A stretch of 64,000 nt of DNA from an uncultured Chlamydiae bacterium (GCA_963730605.1 CAVSSM010000001.1:224001-288000); one strand, 5' to 3'; positions 1 through 10,872 are shown, numbered from the stretch's first letter. A program made the numbers and translations. Notes: generated from the sequence alone by a model not told the origin.

Positions 1-205
1 CTGATCCATCAAAATGATCCGGTAGCCATCAGGATTGAAATAACAGCGGTGGCTGGGCTCGGTGCCCGATCCGGGGCCGCCGTGGAGGAAAATAACTGGC
101 AACCCCTTAGGATTTCCCGACTCTTCCCAGTAAATGGAGTGTCCAGACCCGACCTCCAGAAACCCTGTCCGGTAGGGAACGATTGCCGGGATATCTCGTC
201 CTCAT
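1..205 (-). CDS. pip: Proline iminopeptidase, N-terminal part (runs off window; one frameshift near the start)
   Basis: Manual translation gives MRTRYP/AIVPYRTGFLEVGSGHSIYWEESGNPKGLPVIFLHGGPGSG...YRIILMDQ. The ATG at 205 overlaps the gltA stop (ATGA). Missing from the ORF track. Confidence 0.85.
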
Positions 206-1365
206 GATTTTCTTGGGCGGTAGAGATATTCGGGCCTAACGATCGGCGTCCCTTTGCCGCCGCGCGCCTCCACCCGCTCATAAACGATCTGGATCGCGAT
301 TCCGACCGAGCGGGAAAGTCCAAAAAGGATCGTGAAATAATCAGGGTAAGGGAAGCCGGCGGCGACGAGCATCGATCCTGTGATGGCGTCGATATTCGGA
401 TAAGGATCGGAGATTTTCGGGTTTTCTTTCAAGACGCGGCTTCCTTCCGATCCGAGAAGGAGAGCGATCTTGACGAGGGGATGATTTGAAAAATGCTTTT
501 GGCAATACGCATAGCAGAGGCGAGCGCGGGGGTCTTCCACTCGCAGCACTGCGTGGCCAAAACCAAAGACAAGTTCCTCGTTTTGCAATTTTTTCCGGAT
601 GAGCTTCTCAATATCGGAAGCGGTAGCTTTTTCTCCTGCTTCCTTTAGGACTTTTTCGACGAATTCAAGGCAGTCTTGGTTCGCGCGGCCGTGCCTGGGC
701 CCCGCAAGGGCCGTGATCGCAGCGGCAAGAGAGCCAAACATGTTCTCAAGCCCTGATGCGACGGCTTTGCCGACAAAGGTCGAGAGGTTGCCGCCGGAAT
801 GATCGAAATGGAGGACGTTGAAAAGCTTCATCGTCTCGATCAGCTCAGGAGTTTTTTTGCCCGGCATCTTGAGCATCTGGACGAAATTTTCCATATAGCC
901 TAATTCCGGATGCGAGGCAGGCGTATCGCCCCATCCGGCCCGATGGTTGATGACCGCTGCTGCGATTTGGGGGAGTTTCGCGATCGCGTTTAGACAATCT
1001 TGCCGGTAATCGCCCGTCCCTTCGCACATCCCGGCAATGAGAAGCGCGGCGGCGAAACTGTCCATGGGATGGCCCGCCCGGGGCAAAGATGCGATATGCC
1101 GGAGAGTATCGGGTTTGCAAGCGGCCCGCTTGGCTAAATCGGCCTGAAATTGCGCGATCTTCTCTTTCGTGCCCATCTCCCCGTGATAGAGGAGATAGAT
1201 AACCTCGATCGAATCACGCTTTGCCAGCTCGGCGATCGGGTGTCCCACGTAGGTCAGCCCTTTCATGGGATCCACGTCCGATGTCACGCAATATCCCACC
1301 GGCACCCCTCTTAATCCCGTATCCAGAGTCTCCTTCGTGATCTCGAAAAGAACGCCCTCGCGCAT
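202..1365 (-). CDS. gltA: Citrate synthase
   Basis: Motifs DHSGGNLS, GPRHGRAN, GFGHAVLR and PNID. Confidence 0.93.
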   Translation of the reverse strand: MREGVLFEITKETLDTGLRGVPVGYCVTSDVDPMKGLTYVGHPIAELAKRDSIEVIYLLYHGEMGTKEKIAQFQADLAKRAACKPDTLRHIASLPRAGHPMDSFAAALLIAGMCEGTGDYRQDCLNAIAKLPQIAAAVINHRAGWGDTPASHPELGYMENFVQMLKMPGKKTPELIETMKLFNVLHFDHSGGNLSTFVGKAVASGLENMFGSLAAAITALAGPRHGRANQDCLEFVEKVLKEAGEKATASDIEKLIRKKLQNEELVFGFGHAVLRVEDPRARLCYAYCQKHFSNHPLVKIALLLGSEGSRVLKENPKISDPYPNIDAITGSMLVAAGFPYPDYFTILFGLSRSVGIAIQIVYERVEARGGKGTPIVRPEYLYRPRKS

Positions 1366-1368
1366 AGA

Positions 1369-2355
1369 CTACCTCTCAAGTAAATGAGAAACTAAATCCC
1401 GTTCCTCCATGAGTTCTTTTTGCGTCAGCCGCAGCTTTTCTTTCAAGAAAGGATCGAGGGCAAGGCCTGCCGCGATGGCCCAGTCCCCTTTTCCTTGGCT
1501 TTTGCACGGGAAAGAAAAAACGAGATCTTCCGGTATCCCGTAAGGGTTCCCAACGGATGGAACAGCGAGAGAAAACCATTGCCCAGGCAAAGTCGGGGTA
1601 AGAAGGGAGCGGATGGTGCCGACAATCGCGTTGGCCGCGGAGGCTGCAGAGGACTTGCCCCTGGCAGCGATCACTTCGGCTCCCCGCTTCTGGATTTTCT
1701 GGACAAATTCCCCTTCCAGCCACTTCCGATCGTGGATCGCATCAATGGCAGGACGGCCTCGGATTTTCGCATTCAAGAAATCGGGCACCTGAGTGGAAGA
1801 GTGGTTGCCCCAGATCGTCACGTTTGTCACTTCTTCAACGGAAACGTTGGCTTTAGACGCCAATTGAAAAACGGCCCGGTTTTGATCGAGCCTCGTCATC
1901 GCGAAAAAGTTTTTCCTCGGCAAAGCGGGCGCATGGTGCATGGCGATCAAGCAATTGGTATTGCAGGGATTGCCTACGACAAAAACGAGAACGTCTTTCG
2001 ATGCGACTTTGTTCAAGGCGCTCCCCTGGCCGACGAAAATCTTTCCATTGTCCGCCAAAAGGTCTTTCCTCTCCATGCCAGGACCCCGAGGTTTGGCTCC
2101 GACCAAGAGGGCGTAATGGACCCCGCCGAACGCCTCTTCTGGGTCGGTGCAGATCTTGACCTCTTTGAGAAGAGGAAAAACGCAGTCGTTCAGCTCCATC
2201 TCAACGCCTCTCAACGTCGTTGCAGCCTCGGGAACATCCAAAAGATGAAGAGCGATAGGGGCGTTTGGGCCCAACAATTCCCCGGCCGCGATGCGGAAGA
2301 TCAAACTATAGGCGATCTGTCCGGCGGCGCCCGTCACCGCTACTCGTTTTAGCAT
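1369..2355 (-). CDS. mdh: Malate dehydrogenase
   Basis: [32 protein letters not shown] and [11 protein letters not shown]. Confidence 0.97.
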   Translation of the reverse strand: MLKRVAVTGAAGQIAYSLIFRIAAGELLGPNAPIALHLLDVPEAATTLRGVEMELNDCVFPLLKEVKICTDPEEAFGGVHYALLVGAKPRGPGMERKDLLADNGKIFVGQGSALNKVASKDVLVFVVGNPCNTNCLIAMHHAPALPRKNFFAMTRLDQNRAVFQLASKANVSVEEVTNVTIWGNHSSTQVPDFLNAKIRGRPAIDAIHDRKWLEGEFVQKIQKRGAEVIAARGKSSAASAANAIVGTIRSLLTPTLPGQWFSLAVPSVGNPYGIPEDLVFSFPCKSQGKGDWAIAAGLALDPFLKEKLRLTQKELMEERDLVSHLLER

Positions 2356-3165
2356 CTATCCTCCGCAAAATTTGGCCATCAGGGGGCCCTTGCAAAGAGA
2401 AGCGAAGCCATTGACCGCGGCGCCGTGCGCGTCGCTTACCCAAGTTTCAAATCCTTGGGGGCTCATGGGAATATGTCCTTCCGCTGAAACCACTTGGATT
2501 TGAAAAATGTAGGCCTGTTTTCCATCCATTTGCCCCAAATGGGCGCTGATGCCGATGTTCCCGTTCGGCTTTTTGAGCGGGTAGCCCACGGTCACATTCA
2601 CGGCGTTTGGCGGATCGACGATCTGTTTCGTGAGAAATAGATCGGGATCGAGATCCACTTTTATGTGCAGCTTGTCGGCAAGGAAAGCAAGGGGGTTTTC
2701 TTTTTCTCCCAAACGGATCCCGTTGAGGAAACGGATTTCGCATTTTGTAAATTGCAGAGGCGTTTCCGCCGTTGGGAAAAGATGAGAAACCGCTTCGGCC
2801 AAATGCAAAATATGCCCCTTGAAAGCGGTCCATGAATAGCCTTGGGCGTAATTGGCTGTCGCAATGCCCGGCCCGATCTGGATGAGGGGATAGCCATTTT
2901 TTTCTTTGCGGATCCGATGGCGCACGACATAGGGGCTCGCTTCCGGATGGACATTCACTGCGGGCAAATCCTCGATATGGGGGAAATCTTTTTTCAGCCT
3001 TTCGTAAATGCGCCCATACATCATCGGATAAGAAGGGTCGAAGAGACGCCCCGTTTGCTTATCTTCCTGCAATTTCCAATGGAGCTCGAAGATGGACTCA
3101 ATGAGCGGCGGATAGAGTAAAGGAGGGATTTTTTCCTTTTGTTTCACAGCGGGCAAAATAGGCAT
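2356..3165 (-). CDS. TIGR04255-like protein of unknown function
   Basis: PPLIESIFELHW N-terminus, LIQIGPG..TAN and YSWTAFK, then RFLN: the pattern of this family. Confidence 0.65.
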   Translation of the reverse strand: MPILPAVKQKEKIPPLLYPPLIESIFELHWKLQEDKQTGRLFDPSYPMMYGRIYERLKKDFPHIEDLPAVNVHPEASPYVVRHRIRKEKNGYPLIQIGPGIATANYAQGYSWTAFKGHILHLAEAVSHLFPTAETPLQFTKCEIRFLNGIRLGEKENPLAFLADKLHIKVDLDPDLFLTKQIVDPPNAVNVTVGYPLKKPNGNIGISAHLGQMDGKQAYIFQIQVVSAEGHIPMSPQGFETWVSDAHGAAVNGFASLCKGPLMAKFCGG

Positions 3166-3241
3166 AAAAAAGACACCTTGAATATGTTGAAACTCGAACT
3201 TATACCACGAGGCAAATTTTTAAACCAAGAGAGAGCACACA

Positions 3242-4369
3242 CTAGATCCGGCAGCAAGAGATATCGTCTCGGAACTTTTTCATCCTCTCCACCATGACAT
3301 GCAAATTGTGGACGGTTGCTAAAATGTGCGCGGTCGCTTCTTTGGCCTTGAATAAGTGGTGGAGATAAGCGAGGGAAAAATGTGTGCAAGTCCAACAGGT
3401 GCAGTCCTTTTCGATTGGGCCGAAGTAGTTGGCGTTGCTTGCCTGTTCGGCCTTCAATTTCCTTTCCCGAGTGAGCAAGAGGCCGTGGCGCGCCGCGCGG
3501 GTCGGATAGGAACTGTCGAACGTGTCGATCCCAAGCGGGACGCACATTTCCAAAGACTCGAGATCTCCAATCCCAAGAAGATGGTTCGGCTTTTCTTCGG
3601 GGGTTTGCGGCAAGACGGCAGCGAGCATTTGGAGCATCTCGGGCTTGGTCTTTCCTAAAGAGCCGCCGATCGCATAGCCATCGAAGGGCAGGCGGGAAAG
3701 AGTGGCGCAGCTCTCCATTCGCAAATCAGGGTCGATCCCGCCGTGGATCACCGCATAAATGGCCTGTCCTTGAGGATTTTTCAGATGCTCTTCCAAAGAC
3801 CGCTTCTCCCAGCGGTGAGTCCTCGCTAGAGAGAGCTTTAGTTTTTCCGGCCCGATGTGATACGGAGGCAGCTCATCGAGAGGGATGATGATATCGGCGC
3901 CGAACGCCTTTTGGGCTGCGATCGTGCTTTCAGGAGTCAGCATAACAGGCGCTCCATCTCGGTAGGAGCGGAAAAGAACGCCCTCTTCATCGATTTTCAG
4001 CACATGTCCGCCCTGCTTTTTTTTCCCTTGGCTTTTCAATTCATCGGCAATTGAGCCGTAAGAGAGGGAAAAAACCTGAAAACCGCCCGAGTCGGTGATG
4101 ATCGGCATCGTCCTGTTGATAAACCGGTGAAGCCCCCCTGCGTGCCGCACCGTCTCGGGGCCTGGCTGAAGGAGAAGATGATAGGTGTTGCAGAACATGA
4201 GTTGCAGGCCGATCGAATCGACCATCCTGTTATCGAGGGCTTTGAGAGTCCCATTCGTTCCGACCGCGACGAAATTCGGCGTGTCGATGACGCCGTGAGA
4301 CGTGTGGATCCGCCCGATGCGGGCGCGCGATTTTGAGGAGCGGTGGAGGATCTCGAAGCGAAAGCTCAT
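3242..4369 (-). CDS. tgt: tRNA-guanine transglycosylase (chlamydial type)
   Basis: Starts MSFRFEILH at 4369. Contains NTYHL, TDSGGFQVFS, HLLGIG, DTFDS and the Zn motif CTCWTC...H. Confidence 0.93.
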   Translation of the reverse strand: MSFRFEILHRSSKSRARIGRIHTSHGVIDTPNFVAVGTNGTLKALDNRMVDSIGLQLMFCNTYHLLLQPGPETVRHAGGLHRFINRTMPIITDSGGFQVFSLSYGSIADELKSQGKKKQGGHVLKIDEEGVLFRSYRDGAPVMLTPESTIAAQKAFGADIIIPLDELPPYHIGPEKLKLSLARTHRWEKRSLEEHLKNPQGQAIYAVIHGGIDPDLRMESCATLSRLPFDGYAIGGSLGKTKPEMLQMLAAVLPQTPEEKPNHLLGIGDLESLEMCVPLGIDTFDSSYPTRAARHGLLLTRERKLKAEQASNANYFGPIEKDCTCWTCTHFSLAYLHHLFKAKEATAHILATVHNLHVMVERMKKFRDDISCCRI

Positions 4370-5041
4370 GCGGCATCTCTTCGCACTATAAAGGGCTTTG
4401 AGAGGGCGGCAAGAGGGGCGCTGCATCCAATGACGAGGCATTTTACAGCGAAGCTGACGAGGATGACATCGAAAAGAGCTGCGACGATCCCATAGAGGCC
4501 TGCAAAACTGAAAAGGACGGTATCGATCCCTTGGGAAAAGGAGGAGGGTCGCCCCCATCCTAAGCGCGAGATGGCGGCCGCCGAGCTTACGCTTAAGATA
4601 GCCGAAAAACAGCAAATCGATCTTCTGCACAAGGAAAAAGACGGCAATCGACGCGAAAACGATGCGGGGTGTCGCAGTAAGGACTCTAGCAAATGCGGGA
4701 TGCGCCACGTCTTGCGGCGACGGCGCATACCAAAGATGGATTTGGGAGACCAAAACAAAAAAGACCATGGAAAAGAAGGAGATCGCAATGGTTTTTTTAG
4801 CAGCCCCGAAACCGAAATGCTCCTGCATCAGGTTCAGCCCTACAATGCACCCTACCGCGAAAACGTCGCTGCAAGTCACGGTAAGCCCAAAAAGCTCCAT
4901 CTGCTTGACGACAAATAGGTTGGCCAAGACACCCTGCAAAGAGACGAGAGCGGCCAAGGCGCTCTGACCGATCCGGGCGGCGCCGATCGTAAACCCGATG
5001 ACAATCAAAACTTGAGTTAAGAAAAATATTTCATTCGACAT
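4366..5041 (-). CDS. yhhQ: Queuosine precursor transporter YhhQ/VUT family (one frameshift near 4535)
   Basis: Hydrophobic protein with ANLFVVKQ and PRIVFAS. The C-terminus SQGIDTVLFSFAGLYG is in the 4366..4788 frame and ends in an ATGA overlap with tgt. Confidence 0.85.
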
Positions 5042-5111
5042 GTAGGGCGCCTATTTTACATTACCACCCCTTTCTTGACCAAATGCGCCTCTCTTGGTAT
5101 CCTGCAAGGCC

Positions 5112-6063
5112 ATGTCGATTTTCATCCTCATTTCTACGTTCGCTATCTGGTCTAGCGTATTTTCTCTTGGAAAAATGGCCCTCGAGGTCTCCCCTCCCCT
5201 TTTTCTGACCGCTTCTAGAATGGTGATCGCCGCTTGCCTGATCCTCGGATATCTCGCACTGAAGAACCGCAACGCCTTCAAGATCACAGGCAAGCAGCTT
5301 GCATCCGTCGGCGTCCTTGCGGTTTTTAGTATTTATTTAACGAATGCCTTTGAATTTTGGGGCCTCAAGCACATGACGGCGGCCAAGACCTGCTTTTTCT
5401 ATAGCTTCACCCCGTTTTTTTCAGCCCTCCTGTCCTACCTCCACTTCGACGAGAAAATGAATGGAAAAAAGTGGCTGGGGATGGCCATAGGCTTTGCAGG
5501 GTTCATCCCCGTTTTGGCCGCTCAAAAAGGGCTCCGAGGAGCTCCTCTCCAGCTTGACCTTCCTCTCCTGGCCGGAACTGGCCGTCATCGGAGCCTCAGT
5601 CTGTTCGGCCTATGGCTGGATTTTGCTGCGCCTTCTTGTGAAAAACCAATCGATTCCGATTCTGATGGTCAATGGGTTGAGCATGTTGATGGGTGGCCTT
5701 TTGGCCCTGGTCCATTCTTTCCTTGTCGATACTTGGGCCCCTCTTCCGGTCGCAAAAGAAAATTTAGGCTCCTTTTCTCAGGGCCTTTTCATAATCATCT
5801 TTATTTCGAACATCCTCTGCTATAACCTTTACGGCCTTCTATTGAAGAGGTTTACCGCTACATTCCTCTCCTTCATGGGCCTCCTATTCCCCATTTTCGC
5901 CTCTTTCAACAGTTGGCTGTTCCTCGGGGAGCCGTTTTCGCCCACGATCCTCTTTTCCACCGGAATCGTCTCGATCGGCCTTTGGCTGTTCTACAGCGCA
6001 GAATTGCGCCAGGGTTATACTCAAAACGTGAAAATCCCAAAAGACTCAAAGATCAGCCTTTGA
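5112..6063 (+). CDS. DMT/EamA family transporter (frameshift near 5530)
   Basis: Two EamA repeats split across ORFs 5094..5825 and 5494..6063. Confidence 0.8.
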
Positions 6064-6099
6064 GTCTTTTTGCGGGCATCCAATACGGAGAAGAAACTG

Positions 6100-6303
6100 T
6101 TAGTGTTCGGTTCTGGCCCAGACAAGAATGCGATAGACAGCGGCCACACCGGCCAAAGAATAGATCGTTCTTGTAAATACTGAGGTATAACCGAAGATGT
6201 TAGCGATGAAATTCCATTCAAAAATCCCGATCAACCCCCAATTGAGGCCGCCGATCAATAGAAAAATCATAGCGATTGTTTGAACGACCTGAGCGTTTTT
6301 CAT
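6100..6303 (-). CDS. DUF378 family small membrane protein
   Basis: LLIGGLNWGLIG and RTIYSLAG signature. Confidence 0.85.
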   Translation of the reverse strand: MKNAQVVQTIAMIFLLIGGLNWGLIGIFEWNFIANIFGYTSVFTRTIYSLAGVAAVYRILVWARTEH

Positions 6304-6383
6304 AAATGAGCAACTCCTTCCTTTAAGAGCCTTTACTTAACTATTAGAAGGTATCCCCGTATTTTGTAAACAAAAAATTTAAA

Positions 6384-6534
6384 AACGCGAGTTTCGGATA
6401 ACAAAGGCTGAGATGCAAAGGGATCGCTCTGCAGATTTTAAGCGGCCGCGCGAAGCCCATAGCGGAACGCCCCTCCAAAATCTGCCAGCGAAGATTTGCA
6501 GATCAGCTCTACTTTGTTATCCGAAACTCGTATT
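6384..6534. mobile_element. Palindromic element/MITE family B, copy 1
   Basis: Terminal inverted repeats (TIRs) AACGCGAGTTTCGGATAACAAAG...CTTTGTTATCCGAAACTCGTATT. Homologous, in inverted orientation, to 57281-57441. Confidence 0.85.
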
Positions 6535-6541
6535 AAAAGGA

Positions 6542-8146
6542 TCAATCGGATGCAACGGCAACGTCGTGGCTTGGAAGGGGTTCCCTTTTCCTCCCTTTGC
6601 TCCAAAAGAAATACCCCAGAGCGCCCCCTAAACACAAGACATAGAGCCATCCCATGAGGATAAAGGCGTCATTGATCGCGAGCATGGAAGCCTGGACATC
6701 CAACGCTCGATTCAAGACCTCCAAAGCGGCGGGATCTTGCGCCTCTGGCGTGAAGGGATTGAAGGGCGTCAGGACTGAGCCCACCCTCTCGTGGTGGAAA
6801 ATCGACCTTCTCTCCCAGATCGTTGTGAATACCGAAGCGCCGATCGCGCCCGATTGAGCGCGGAAAAAATGGAAAATCCCCACAGAGCTCGAAAGGTCTT
6901 GGGGCCGGATGTCCTGGATGCTGATTTGGATAAGCGGAGTGATGTAGCAGATAAATCCGAGCCCCATGAGAAACCGCGAAAATCCAACGTGCTCGATATC
7001 GACTGAGGTCAAGAAAGTGGAAGTATAAAAAGCTGAAACGGCGAAGGCGAAAAAACCCAGGGTGAGAGTCAGGAGATTTCCGATTCTGCGGATCAGGGCT
7101 GGCGTCATGAAAGAAAAGAGCATCGGACCAATGCCAAGAGGGGCAACGGCGATCCCGGCCTTGATTGCATCATAGTCCATAAATTCCTGAAGCCAAAGAG
7201 GGACGATGACGATGGAGCCGAAATAGATCCCGTACGACACGATGATCAGCAGGTTCGCAAATGTGAAGGAAAAAATTTTCAGCAGTCTCACTTGGAAAAA
7301 AGGATAAGGGGTTTCGAGCTCCCGGATGATGAAAAAGACTGCCGCGACGATAAACGCGATGAACGAGGTCACGATCGCTCTCGAATTCCACCAATCCCAT
7401 TGCTGCCCTTTATCGAGAAAGATCTGAAAACACGTGACGGCCACGCAAAGGAGAAAAATTCCAAGGAGATCGCCGCGTACGGCTTCAATCTCGGATTCCC
7501 GGCCCCGCAAAAGCCACCATAGAGCAACAAAGCATCCGATCCCTATTGGGATATTGATATAGAAAATCCACGACCAACCGTACCAGTAGGCGATGTATCC
7601 GCCAACCAACGGGCCGAGGACGGGACCCATGATGACCGTTGAGCTCCAAAGAGATAAATCCCTGGATCGGCTCTCCGGCTTGCCCTCTTTGATGAGAATC
7701 GCTTGGCTCAAGGGGATCATCGGCCCTCCCACTAAACCCTGGATAAAGCGGGCGCTGACCAGCGTAAGGAGATTCGGCGAGAGGCCGCAGATCCAAGAAA
7801 AAAACGTGAATAGGGCGATCGAGAGGAGGAGGAGCCGTACCTGTCCGATTTGCCGGGTCAGCCAACCCGTCACCGCAAGCCCGATCGCATTGCCGATCGA
7901 AAAGAAGGTGATCACATAGATCCCTTCATCGACGCTGACCGACAACCCGCCTGCAATGTAAGGGATCGCGATGTTGGCAACCGAATAGTCGATGACGAGC
8001 AAAAGAGTGACGAGTGCGATGAAGAACAAAAAAAGGAAACGCTGCACTGAGGTAAAAGGGGGCGGATTAAGGTTCCTCGACTTTGTACAATTTTGTGACG
8101 GCATCTCCGAGAGAATCGCTGGCCCTTTTTTTCTTTTTTTGCTCAT
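6542..8146 (-). CDS. emrB: EmrB/QacA family (DHA2) MFS efflux transporter; N-terminus contributed by a MITE
   Basis: Multi-TM protein with DYSVANIAIP, ARFIQG, WSWIFYINIPIG and LDKGQQWDW. Confidence 0.9.
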   Translation of the reverse strand: MSKKRKKGPAILSEMPSQNCTKSRNLNPPPFTSVQRFLFLFFIALVTLLLVIDYSVANIAIPYIAGGLSVSVDEGIYVITFFSIGNAIGLAVTGWLTRQIGQVRLLLLSIALFTFFSWICGLSPNLLTLVSARFIQGLVGGPMIPLSQAILIKEGKPESRSRDLSLWSSTVIMGPVLGPLVGGYIAYWYGWSWIFYINIPIGIGCFVALWWLLRGRESEIEAVRGDLLGIFLLCVAVTCFQIFLDKGQQWDWWNSRAIVTSFIAFIVAAVFFIIRELETPYPFFQVRLLKIFSFTFANLLIIVSYGIYFGSIVIVPLWLQEFMDYDAIKAGIAVAPLGIGPMLFSFMTPALIRRIGNLLTLTLGFFAFAVSAFYTSTFLTSVDIEHVGFSRFLMGLGFICYITPLIQISIQDIRPQDLSSSVGIFHFFRAQSGAIGASVFTTIWERRSIFHHERVGSVLTPFNPFTPEAQDPAALEVLNRALDVQASMLAINDAFILMGWLYVLCLGGALGYFFWSKGRKREPLPSHDVAVASD

Positions 8147-8240
8147 AAATAGTGCCTTCGGCTATGAATTTCGCAAAAAAAGAAAAAAATTGCAGAGAGC
8201 TTCCTCTGGATCTGCTCGCCAAAAATTGTACAAAGTCGAG
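8076..8240. mobile_element. MITE family A, copy 1 (165 bp, TSD GGTTC)
   Basis: 19-bp TIR CTCGACTTTGTACAATTTT. GGTTC at 8071-8075 and 8241-8245. Confidence 0.93.
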
Positions 8241-8243
8241 GGT

Positions 8244-9410
8244 TCATGTTTCGATTTCACAAGAGCAGTTTTGGGAAAGGATCTCTTGGATCATCTCCTC
8301 GACCCCATTAAGCTCATCCATGTAGACGTCCGTTTGATAAATCGGCCGGACGGGTTGAACCGCCTCGGGGAGCCTCCTTCCCGATCTCTCATGCGTGTCT
8401 ACCTTGACCGTCATAGATAGGCCAAGAACAAGCGGGTGCTCTTTGATCTCTTCGGCGTTCAAGTTGATTTTCACAGGAACTCTCTGGATAATCTTGATCC
8501 AATTGCCTGTCGCGTTCTGGGGAGGCAAGATAGAAAACACGCTTCCGGTTCCAGGATTTAGCCCTGCGATCCGCCCGTGGAAAACTGGATCATGGCCGTA
8601 CATATCGGCAACGAGCGACACCGGCTGGCCGATCCGGATATTTTTCAGCTCCACCTCGCGGAAATTCGCATCGACCCAAATTTCTTCAAGGGGAACAAGC
8701 GCCATCAAGGGCTCCGATGCTCCTACCCACTGCCCCACTTGCGCTTTTCTTTGAGTGATGATCCCCGATACCGGCGCCAGCACCTTGCACCTGTGAAGGG
8801 CCAAATAGGCTTGTAACACTTTGGCTTTGGCCATCTCGACTCTCGGATGGGTGAATGGCGTCGTATTCTGGATTTCGGCTACGGCCTCCGCCCATTCTTT
8901 TTGGGTCTCTTCCAATGCTGCCGTCGCTTGCATAAGGTCCGTTTCGCTATGCTCAAAATCTTCGCGGGAAACGCTTCCATCCGAAACGAGGTCCGCTCGA
9001 TGTTCGTAATCCAATCTTGCCCGAATCACCTGCGACTCGAAGACCCGGATCTTGGATTGGAGCTCTTCCGTTTTCAAAAACATCTGAACGACGTCGCGGA
9101 CCGCAGTCCCAAGTTCTGCCTTCGACCTCTCCAAGGCAATCTCAGAATCGTGCGGATTGAGCTCTACGAGAACGCTCCCTTTTTCGACTCTTTGCGCGTT
9201 GTCTGCCAAAACGGAGACGACGATCCCTTCTTCAAACGGCTTGACGATGATCATGTTCCCATTGACGTAGGCGTCATCGGTCGTTTCTCGAAACTGCCCC
9301 CAAATAAGCCAATAGCCAAGCCATCCAATTCCGATGAGAAGAAAAAAGAGAATGGTTCCGATCCAGATCTGCCGGTAATGATTTTTTTTCACTGGCTGAG
9401 GATCACTCAT
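8244..9410 (-). CDS. emrA: EmrA/HlyD family membrane fusion protein
   Basis: TDDAYVNG, WVDANFRE and FSILPPQNATGNWIKIIQRVPV. Confidence 0.93.
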   Translation of the reverse strand: MSDPQPVKKNHYRQIWIGTILFFLLIGIGWLGYWLIWGQFRETTDDAYVNGNMIIVKPFEEGIVVSVLADNAQRVEKGSVLVELNPHDSEIALERSKAELGTAVRDVVQMFLKTEELQSKIRVFESQVIRARLDYEHRADLVSDGSVSREDFEHSETDLMQATAALEETQKEWAEAVAEIQNTTPFTHPRVEMAKAKVLQAYLALHRCKVLAPVSGIITQRKAQVGQWVGASEPLMALVPLEEIWVDANFREVELKNIRIGQPVSLVADMYGHDPVFHGRIAGLNPGTGSVFSILPPQNATGNWIKIIQRVPVKINLNAEEIKEHPLVLGLSMTVKVDTHERSGRRLPEAVQPVRPIYQTDVYMDELNGVEEMIQEILSQNCSCEIET

Positions 9411-10842
9411 GGAACCCTCCGCCAAGCTCCCTGATGAGGTCGATCTCGGCAAGCTGGGTCCCATATTCCACGGCAGCTAAGATCAACTGTTTTTGAAAGA
9501 CCGTGTCTTCTGCCTTCAAAGTATCGGTATATGCGGCCACAGCCCCTAAATAGCGGCGCATGACGATCGCTTCTTGAGAAAGGGCAATATTGAGCGATGT
9601 TTTCCTTGTTTCAATCTCTTGAAGAAGTTTTGAGATTTTCGTTAGGCTGTCGGCGATTTCCTTGGCCGCTTGCAAAATCAATTCGTTATACGAATAGACA
9701 GCTTGATTAAAGATGGAAAGTTTTTCATAAAGCTGCGCCCGGATCCTTCCAGCGGTAAAAATCGGCAGATGGAGCGCGGGCAAAGCAGCTACATTCCAGC
9801 TATTTCCAGTGAAAAGCTTTGACCAAAACACGCTTTCCGTCCCAACGATAGCCCGCAAATTGATGTTCGGATAAAAATCGGTCTTTGCCGCATCCACCTC
9901 TTTGCCTGCCGCCTCTAAGCGTCTTCTCAAGGCGATCAAGTCGGGCCTTCTCGCAATCAAATCCAACCCGAGAGTATCAGGCAAGCCCAGCCTAAGCGGT
10001 TTCAGGCTGACCTTTCGAACTTCCAAATTTTCATCTTGCTGCATGCCGGCGAGCGCCTTCAGCTTGTGGATATGTCCGGCTATATCGATCTCCAACTCTT
10101 GGATTTCAGCCTCTATATCCAATGTGTCCGAGTCCGCCGCAAGCGGTTCGAAGGATGTGTCGAGAGCCCCATTCAGCCGCCGAACCGTAACCATAGCAAC
10201 CGATTGCCGGTTCTTCTTCCGAGCCGCGAGGATCTCTTTTTTCTTCAATAAAAATTGCAATTCGAAATAGGTGTAGGCGATCGAGGTGGTCATGATCAGT
10301 TCGGCCTGCATCGCTTCGGCCGCGCTCGCTGCCGCCTCCCCTAAAGCCGCATTCATCAAATCCCGATTTTTTCCCCAGAAGTCGAATTCGTAACTAAATG
10401 ATAGGCCGACGTAAAAATCGTTGACGACCGCTGGAATCGTTGGGGCGTAGGCCCGAAAAAAGCCATCTTTACTTAAATGGACCCATAAATCGACTGCGTC
10501 AAGATCGAGTTCGGGATATAGAGCCGCTTGTTTTTGCAAAGCCACTTGAGAGGCGGCCTTCAGTCGCTCACGGGCAAAAGCCAAGGTTGGGCTAGAGCGG
10601 ATGCCCCGCTCGATCAAGCCGGTCAAGACAAGGTCATCGAACCGCTCCCACCATTTTTGCTCGACCCACTCCCCTGCTTCAAAGCTTCCCTCCCGGATCG
10701 CTTCCTCTGCCGCTCTCGAAACGCTAAGCCAAGTTTCGGGCATGGCCTGTTCCGACTCCGGGATCCGGACACACCCGCAAAAGAGAAATAAACAAAGGAA
10801 AAAACAATCCCTGATTCTCAATGGCCACCTAATTTGGCTCAT
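9403..10842 (-). CDS. Outer membrane efflux lipoprotein (NodT/TolC family)
   Basis: Lipobox-like FCGC, WWERFDD, SYEFDFWGK, LIARRPDL and ELGGG. Confidence 0.9.
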   Translation of the reverse strand: MSQIRWPLRIRDCFFLCLFLFCGCVRIPESEQAMPETWLSVSRAAEEAIREGSFEAGEWVEQKWWERFDDLVLTGLIERGIRSSPTLAFARERLKAASQVALQKQAALYPELDLDAVDLWVHLSKDGFFRAYAPTIPAVVNDFYVGLSFSYEFDFWGKNRDLMNAALGEAAASAAEAMQAELIMTTSIAYTYFELQFLLKKKEILAARKKNRQSVAMVTVRRLNGALDTSFEPLAADSDTLDIEAEIQELEIDIAGHIHKLKALAGMQQDENLEVRKVSLKPLRLGLPDTLGLDLIARRPDLIALRRRLEAAGKEVDAAKTDFYPNINLRAIVGTESVFWSKLFTGNSWNVAALPALHLPIFTAGRIRAQLYEKLSIFNQAVYSYNELILQAAKEIADSLTKISKLLQEIETRKTSLNIALSQEAIVMRRYLGAVAAYTDTLKAEDTVFQKQLILAAVEYGTQLAEIDLIRELGGGFHE

Positions 10843-10872
10843 AAAAGAATCTAGGCTTAAATAAAAGCTTCT

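Noticed and set aside
3242..5041. Apparent 599-aa YhhQ-TGT fusion in the ORF track
   Set aside because: The genuine YhhQ C-terminus is in another frame and ends in an ATGA overlap with tgt. One extra base in a homopolymer near 4535 explains the fusion.
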